Position numbers and translations under genes: made by a program. Positions 58,404 to 64,000 of a stretch of 64,000 bases of DNA are shown here, one piece after another. Under the pieces are notes generated by a model. It saw only the letters and a list, made by a program, of their open reading frames with translations, made no database searches and was not told where the DNA came from. Position 1 is the stretch's first letter. Every line of letters begins with the position of its first letter. This DNA comes from Candidatus Kaiserbacteria bacterium RIFCSPHIGHO2_01_FULL_53_31 (GTDB taxonomy: Bacteria; Patescibacteriota; Minisyncoccia; Phycocordibacterales; Phycocordibacteraceae): contig MFKU01000010.1 of NCBI GenBank assembly GCA_001781095.1, forward strand, positions 14,254 through 78,253. The letters run 5' to 3'.

Positions 58404-60650
58404 TTACTTCGCAACAGCGACCGCTTCGTCGAACTTTACACTTAGGAGTTTTGAGACGCCATCCCCACCCATAGTGACGCCATAGAGGATCCCGGCGCGG
58501 CTCATAGTCTCGCGATTGTGCGTGATCACGATAAGCTGCGACTTCTTCGCGAGGTTTCCGATCATGTCGCCGTAGCGACGGCTGTTCGCTTCATCGAGCG
58601 AAGCATCGGTCTCGTCGAGGATGAGGAACGGTGGTGGGTTCACCTGACTCATGGCAAAGATGAGCGCAATGCTGGTAAGCGCTCGCTCGCCGCCCGAGAG
58701 CTGCATCAGGGAGCGCACCTTCTTCCGAGGAAGATTCACTGAGATTTCAATGCCGGCCTTACCCTTCGTAGCATTGGCGGAGAAGGGGTCGCTTGATTCT
58801 TCCAACTCTTCAGATTCGTCCAATTCCTCAACTTCGGGCTCTTCCAAAGTCAAACGTGCATTGCCACCGCCGAACATAAGCGCGAAATATTCGTTAAATG
58901 ATTCATTTACTTTCGAGAGACCCTCAGTGAAATGTTTAGCGAGTTCAGTATCCAAATCTTGAATGAGTGCACCCAAGCTCTCGGCCGATTTCGCGAGGTC
59001 GTCGAGCTCCCGCGCGAGAAATGTCTCACGCTCCGACACCTCTTTGTGCTCGTGACGGATCTCTTCGCCCGCACCGCCAGCTTCTTCGAGGCGAATCTTG
59101 ATTCGCTCAAGTTGCCGCGCGCGATCTTCCTGGCCGCTATGCTCGTCCTCAGATATCGACCCACGCGGTTCGTACGAGATCCCTTGAGTACCGACGAGCG
59201 CTACCACTTCCGCCTTATCGGTATCTAGCCGCCCCGTCAACAGTTTCAATTCGCGCTCGCGCGCATCCGCGTGCGTTACCTCACTTTCTTCATGCGCTTT
59301 CGTCTGGGCAAATTCGAGAATGTGCCGACGCAACTCCCTACCCGTCTCGTCGTATGCCGTAAGTTCTTCCCTCGCACGCAGGAGCGCAAGTTTCGCTTCT
59401 TCAAGATTCTTGGAGAGCATAGTTTCTTTTTCTCCTAATTTCTTCTGCTCTTCTTCGAGCGCATACACCGACTGCTCCTCATCGGTGAGCCGATCATCGC
59501 CGACGATAAACCTGTCGACGAATGCTTTTATCGTCGTATGTAACGACTTCAGCGCTGACAAAATGGCGTCCGATGTACTCGTCTGCCGGACTTGCCGTTC
59601 TGCTTCTTCAGCGAGCGCGACGAGCTCTTCTCGAGAGATGCGCGCATAGGGATCGGTGCCGATCTTCGTGCTGCGCTCCTTCGCCGCCGCCAACGCTCCC
59701 TCGATTCTCCCGAGCTCGCGTGCGAGCGCGCCCCGCTCGCTCGATAGGCGATCCGCCGTCGCCTCTGCCTTACGCACTACCTCGAGACGCTTAGCGCCCT
59801 CCGCATCGGTCGTGGCACGCTCCTCAATCGCCGAGAGCTCGGCACTTGCGGCGGCGAGCCGTCCCGTGGCCAAACGTTTCTCTTCGGCGACCTTCACCTT
59901 CTCTTCCGCTATGCGCGTGTCCTCGATCGAGAAGTACATCTGCGCGAGCGTTATAAGTTTCTTCCGTAAACTGTCGGCGCGTTCAAGCTTCTCAACTTGT
60001 CGCTCGAGGAAACGCAGATGCGGCGCGAGTTCGCGTCGAAGTGAATTCACCTGTGCGATGTTCACTTCAGTCTTCTCAAGCTTCCGTTGTGCTTCAGTCT
60101 TTTTGAATTCATAGACCTTGAGCCCGAGCGCGTCTTCGAGCATCGTACGTCGCTCGCGCGCATTCGCCAGAAGAATCCTATCAGCTTCACCCTGCGAGAT
60201 GATGTGGTGGCTCGTCTCGCCGATGTTGGCACCCGCCAGCAGTTCTTCGATATCGCGCAAGCGGACCTTCGACCCATTGATCGAGTACTCGCTCGTCCCA
60301 TCACGGTGTACTACACGCTCAATCACCACTTCATCAAAATCGATATTGAACGTGCGCTTCCCATCCGTTCCGCCATCCGCCAGCCGGCGGATTGGATTAT
60401 CAAAAACAATCGCGACCGCAGCGCGATTCGAACGAGGCACGGAATGCGACCCGTTGAAAATAAGATCTTCAGCGCGTTTGCCGCGCATGCTCTTCATCGA
60501 CTGCTCGCCGAGCGCAAATCGGAAGGCCTCGGCAACATTACTCTTGCCCGACCCGTTCGGCCCCACAATCGCCGTCGTGGCCGATGAGAAATCAAGTACG
60601 GTCTTCCGTACAAAAGATTTAAACCCGACGATCTCCAGTCGCTTCAACAT
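58404..60650 (-). CDS. smc: SMC-family ATPase, short form (748 aa)
   Basis: GFKSF, GPNGSGKSN, IISQG, LSGGE, FLILDETDASLD. Confidence 0.92.
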   Translation of the reverse strand: MLKRLEIVGFKSFVRKTVLDFSSATTAIVGPNGSGKSNVAEAFRFALGEQSMKSMRGKRAEDLIFNGSHSVPRSNRAAVAIVFDNPIRRLADGGTDGKRTFNIDFDEVVIERVVHRDGTSEYSINGSKVRLRDIEELLAGANIGETSHHIISQGEADRILLANARERRTMLEDALGLKVYEFKKTEAQRKLEKTEVNIAQVNSLRRELAPHLRFLERQVEKLERADSLRKKLITLAQMYFSIEDTRIAEEKVKVAEEKRLATGRLAAASAELSAIEERATTDAEGAKRLEVVRKAEATADRLSSERGALARELGRIEGALAAAKERSTKIGTDPYARISREELVALAEEAERQVRQTSTSDAILSALKSLHTTIKAFVDRFIVGDDRLTDEEQSVYALEEEQKKLGEKETMLSKNLEEAKLALLRAREELTAYDETGRELRRHILEFAQTKAHEESEVTHADARERELKLLTGRLDTDKAEVVALVGTQGISYEPRGSISEDEHSGQEDRARQLERIKIRLEEAGGAGEEIRHEHKEVSERETFLARELDDLAKSAESLGALIQDLDTELAKHFTEGLSKVNESFNEYFALMFGGGNARLTLEEPEVEELDESEELEESSDPFSANATKGKAGIEISVNLPRKKVRSLMQLSGGERALTSIALIFAMSQVNPPPFLILDETDASLDEANSRRYGDMIGNLAKKSQLIVITHNRETMSRAGILYGVTMGGDGVSKLLSVKFDEAVAVAK

Positions 60651-60708
60651 TGCTCTCTATTGTATCAAACAAAACTGTGCTAAAAGAGTATTCAGAAGGA
60701 GGGTAAGT

Positions 60709-60903
60709 ATGCGTCTTGAATCGAATAGGAAGCGCCCGCGACTGGCTCCCGTTTTCTTCCTGGCTGCTGTCGCGGGGGCAACGTGGTTAATCTTCACAAC
60801 TCCCGAAACGAATGCTCGTCAAAAGAGCCCTGCACGTTTCGAGTCACTCGGGCCGGTTTCAGAGCAACGACCCAATCGCCACGAGTGTTCTCCGGTTCCA
60901 TAA
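60709..60903 (+). CDS. Orphan single-TM small protein (64 aa)
   Basis: SD AGAAGGAGG before ATG 60709; terminator gggcgcgacatcc-ttcga-ggatgccgcgccc at about 60926-60963. Confidence 0.55.
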   Translation: MRLESNRKRPRLAPVFFLAAVAGATWLIFTTPETNARQKSPARFESLGPVSEQRPNRHECSPVP

Positions 60904-61016
60904 TGTGTCCCCTGCAAAAGATCACGGGCGCGACATCCTTCGAGGATGCCGCGCCCGGTTTTGTAATAAACGAAATGATTTAGCACCGCTACCCACTTGG
61001 GGGTTTCGCCGCCAAG

Positions 61017-61709
61017 TTACTCCCAGTGCATCGATGCCAAACCGGCCTGAGCGGCGGCCTGTTCTGCCTCCTGCTTACTCTGCCCTTCGCCGTGGGCGAT
61101 TTCTTCGGAGCCGATAAAGACACCAATAGTGAAGCGCTTGTCGTGATCGGGGCCGACTTCGCCGAGTGTTTTATAATTCGGTGTCACCCCACGCTTCTCC
61201 TGAGCGAGTTCCTGGAAATGGCTCTTAGCGTCTTGGTACGCACGCTTCGCGATGACGTCATCGATTTTTCCGTACAGATTCGCGGCAATAAATTTCTCTG
61301 CGCTCTCGTAGCCCAAGTCAAGATAGATTGCACCAATAATCGCTTCAAAGGTGTCTGCGAGTATCACGTCGCGTGCGCGGCCAGTATCGCGCGCTTCACC
61401 CTTTGACAGCAATAAAAAATCATTGACCCCGAGCTTCTGCGCACTCCCGGCGAGCGAGACGGTATTCACAAGCGCAGCACGAAAATTCGTCAATTCCCCT
61501 TCGGGCTTGGTGGGAAATTTCTTGAAAAGGAAATCGGTAACGGCGAGCTCCAGCACCGCGTCTCCGAGGAACTCGAGACGTTCATTATGATTCCCTGCAT
61601 AGTCTCGATGTTCATTCAGGTATGAACGATGCGTGAACGCCTCGATAAGGAGGTCGAGCTTATTGAAAGACAAACCGATACGGCTCGCGAAGCTGGAGAA
61701 ATCAGGCAT
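61017..61709 (-). CDS. rnc: Ribonuclease III
   Basis: NERLEFLGDAVL, C-terminal dsRBD. Confidence 0.97.
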   Translation of the reverse strand: MPDFSSFASRIGLSFNKLDLLIEAFTHRSYLNEHRDYAGNHNERLEFLGDAVLELAVTDFLFKKFPTKPEGELTNFRAALVNTVSLAGSAQKLGVNDFLLLSKGEARDTGRARDVILADTFEAIIGAIYLDLGYESAEKFIAANLYGKIDDVIAKRAYQDAKSHFQELAQEKRGVTPNYKTLGEVGPDHDKRFTIGVFIGSEEIAHGEGQSKQEAEQAAAQAGLASMHWE

Positions 61710-61768
61710 GCAACGTAGTGGTAACCATTAGGGTATAGCGCGTTTAGAGAAAATGTACAAACTGGCGA

Positions 61769-62695
61769 CTAAATCCTCGTGGCCTGTGGCTGACTAGCCT
61801 TGGTGGCGCTCGCGTGATCGAGAAGCTTCTGGACAGCCGATGTCACGATGGGGAGCATGTCATCATAGAAATTGAGATCAATGATGTCCTGCAGACGGAA
61901 CCATTTTGCATCGTCGAGCCCACCGCTCTTCTTGAGCACGAGCGGCTCGAAGTCGCATGCCGCGAGGAAGAACCATACGTGCTTGCACACTCTCCCCTTC
62001 TCCGGATGTGAAGCGACATACTCATTCTCGCCGATCTGACTCTCGATTTTCCCATCGAGACCGAGCTCTTCTTTCAGCACACGCGCCACCCCGACCTCGG
62101 GCGATGGATCCTTATCGATATGTCCTTTCGAGAGTGTCCAGTGACCGAACACGTCGTGCACGAGCGCGAGATAGTATTGCCCGTCGTGCTTGGCATACGC
62201 GATAGCTCCCGCCATTTTCTCGAGCGGCAGTTCTTCACGCTTTACTTTCTTTTTGCCTTGTTCGTCCTTGCCTGGTTCGCCGAGCTCCTTATAGACGGCA
62301 CCGAGGACACCATTCACGAACCTGCCTGAAGAATCGCCACCAAAGGTCTTGGCGAGTTCGATTGCCTCATTGATCGCAACCTTCGCTGGCACTTGTGCGC
62401 GATCGGCGAACAATAATTCAAAGAGTCCGAGGCGCAGGATATTGCGATCGATGGGCGCGATGCGCTCGAGTGGCCAGTCAGGGGCGGCCTTCGCAATAAC
62501 TAAATCAAGATCCTCGCGCTTCGCGAGCACGCCTGAAAGGAGATTTTGTATAAATGGCTGATCGATGTCATCACCACCGAACTCAGCGACATTGCGCGCG
62601 AGAATCGCCGATGCTTCCTTCTCTGATGCGTGTGTCGTATCCCACTCGAAAAGTGTTTGAAGAACAACGGAACGCGCTAAGTGACGATTCGCCAT
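61769..62695 (-). CDS. nusB: NusB fused to a degenerate NUDIX domain
   Basis: RHLAR...IDRNILR...INEAIELAK.F..FVNGVL, then WTLSKGHI...RVLKEELG; start ATG 62695. Confidence 0.92.
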   Translation of the reverse strand: MANRHLARSVVLQTLFEWDTTHASEKEASAILARNVAEFGGDDIDQPFIQNLLSGVLAKREDLDLVIAKAAPDWPLERIAPIDRNILRLGLFELLFADRAQVPAKVAINEAIELAKTFGGDSSGRFVNGVLGAVYKELGEPGKDEQGKKKVKREELPLEKMAGAIAYAKHDGQYYLALVHDVFGHWTLSKGHIDKDPSPEVGVARVLKEELGLDGKIESQIGENEYVASHPEKGRVCKHVWFFLAACDFEPLVLKKSGGLDDAKWFRLQDIIDLNFYDDMLPIVTSAVQKLLDHASATKASQPQATRI

Positions 62696-62771
62696 GGAAA
62701 GATCTATGTGCCTAGTATAGCAAATCGAACGCTTGCACAAGCGTCAATTGTGCAAAAACGTTTCCTTGTGC

Positions 62772-63122
62772 CTACGCGCCTCCACCGAAGCCGCTACGCG
62801 CCTTCGGTCGGCCGCCGATACCAACTATTTTCCCAAGGATACCCTTTGAACTCTTCGCCTCTGCATTCGCGTGTTCGTGTGCGTGGTCGTGACCGTGTTC
62901 GCCTATCGGTTCAGCCTTCGTGACCTTCTTGGAAACTGTCGCACCTTTTGCTTTAACTATAAAAATTTGCTTGCCGCGATACATGCCGGTCGACTCGTCG
63001 ACACGATGTGGGAGGCGGAGATTCCCGCTTTCCTTATCAACGACGGATTTCGTCGCCGAGAGCGCGTGGTGCGACCGGCGGTTGCCAGTGTGACCTCGGG
63101 TATGACGCATGCGTACTGACAT
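62772..63122 (-). CDS. rpmF: 50S ribosomal protein L32, Cys-free, with C-terminal extension
   Basis: MSVRMRHTRGHTGNRRSH...LPHRV...GMYRGKQI; start ATG 63122. Confidence 0.88.
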   Translation of the reverse strand: MSVRMRHTRGHTGNRRSHHALSATKSVVDKESGNLRLPHRVDESTGMYRGKQIFIVKAKGATVSKKVTKAEPIGEHGHDHAHEHANAEAKSSKGILGKIVGIGGRPKARSGFGGGA

Positions 63123-63156
63123 GCGTGGCACTCTAGCACATGCGTAGGATAAATAC

Positions 63157-63190
63157 AAAAAGGGGTCGTAGCGCGTTCGCTACGACCCCC
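63157..63190 (-). terminator. Terminator of the 63207-63425 cassette
   Basis: ggggtcgtagcg-cgtt-cgctacgacccc with a T tract on the minus strand. Confidence 0.8.
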
Positions 63191-63206
63191 ACCTGGCGGC
63201 TACTGT

Positions 63207-63425
63207 CTATCGGCCACTGACGCGTCTCTGCTGATTGCAACACTGAGAGACGTGAGAACTCACGTACTTTCCCTGCACCCAACAGTAGAGCACGTCATAC
63301 GGCTTTGTCTCTACGTGTGCGCCTGCTCCCGTACAAACTGCACAGAGCGGATACCCAGCCAGTGCGAGCTCCGGCCGATATTTCGCCACAAACGGAATTT
63401 CTGCTGCGGCCCCCTGCTGCTGCAT
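63207..63425 (-). CDS. Orphan Cys-rich small protein (72 aa)
   Basis: SD GGAGG; TTGAGA-17-TATAAA upstream; CxxC...C...CC. Confidence 0.5.
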   Translation of the reverse strand: MQQQGAAAEIPFVAKYRPELALAGYPLCAVCTGAGAHVETKPYDVLYCWVQGKYVSSHVSQCCNQQRRVSGR

Positions 63426-63515
63426 TCCAACAACCTCCGTTGCGTTGCGCTCGAGTCACCCCGAGACCCCCGTTTTGAAACACCTTGTTTCAACCGTCCG
63501 CTAAGATTTATACCA

Positions 63516-64000
63516 CTAATTACGTGAACTCTCAATGTGCAAAAAAGAACGCCGGTGAATAGCTGAGGGGCCATGGAGTTTGAGTGCTTCATAATGTGCA
63601 CGCGTACCATAGCCTTTGTGTTTCTCGAGACCATAGGCCGGATACTGCTTCGCAAGTTTGGTCATAAGCCGATCCCTCGTTACCTTCGCGGCAATCGAGG
63701 CGAGAGAAATGATCGGTACTAAATCGTCCCCGTTGATGATCGTCTTTTGTTTATATTCTGGCGGAGCTTTGAGTGATCCGTCGAGCACTATCTCGACGAG
63801 AGCTGCATCCGGCGCGAGCGCATTCACGCCGCGGTTGAGTGCCTCGCGTACTGCATGACTGATTCCCCGCTCATCAATAATAGCCGCGCTCGAGAACTCG
63901 ACCACAAATCGCGCGTCGCCTCCGGCGACGCGCGATTCAAGCATTCCAAAAATCTTTTCGCGCTTTTTCTCACTCAGTTTCTTTGAATCCTTCACGCCCG
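63516..64000 (-). CDS. rnhB: Ribonuclease HII, 5'-truncated by the window edge
   Basis: DSKKLS, LDG, GD..V..ISLASIAAKVTRD, HKGYGT, HRRSF. Confidence 0.95.
   Translation of the reverse strand, partial: GVKDSKKLSEKKREKIFGMLESRVAGGDARFVVEFSSAAIIDERGISHAVREALNRGVNALAPDAALVEIVLDGSLKAPPEYKQKTIINGDDLVPIISLASIAAKVTRDRLMTKLAKQYPAYGLEKHKGYGTRAHYEALKLHGPSAIHRRSFLHIESSRN

Noticed and set aside
58380-58425. Tail duplication after smc (cggtcgct...gaagt)
   Set aside because: Only about 8+5 nt match with broken frame; too short to support.

Overview
Core-genome window of a small-genome bacterium. Gene content and architecture point to Patescibacteria/CPR (Parcubacteria-like); this is inference from the short SMC, NUDIX-containing LeuRS, NusB-NUDIX fusion, truncated AlaRS and lack of metabolic genes. 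Standard code 11 applies. Housekeeping genes include tRNA-Tyr, tyrS, grpE-dnaK-dnaJ, the alpha operon with rplM/rpsI, alaS, leuS, hisS, ychF, dnaG-rpoD, rpoBC, rpsP-khpA-trmD, rnr, smc, rnc, nusB, rpmF and rnhB. Five patterns go beyond the annotation. (1) A compact ECF-sigma island (32.7-36.0 kb) has the same promoter, TGT(A/C)A(T/C)-N16-CGGC, in front of the sigma gene, a divergent PAS/coiled-coil gene, two small envelope-protein units and an ORF-less, hairpin-rich ~150-nt candidate ncRNA. (2) Recoded duplicate copies of the last 11-26 codons of rpoC, rpoD and rnr lie downstream of each gene and bracket cargo (a Doc/AbrB toxin-antitoxin pair, a RAYT transposase, or a short spacer). (3) Several families of short palindromes sit in frame inside dnaK, dnaJ, ung, smc, trmD and dnaG, and a RAYT gene is flanked by REP palindromes. 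(4) Many core genes look leaderless, while orphan micro-ORF cassettes carry -35/-10, strong SD and terminators. (5) An 18-bp motif occurs three times, twice overlapping predicted promoters. All calls are from reading the sequence; no database searches were run.
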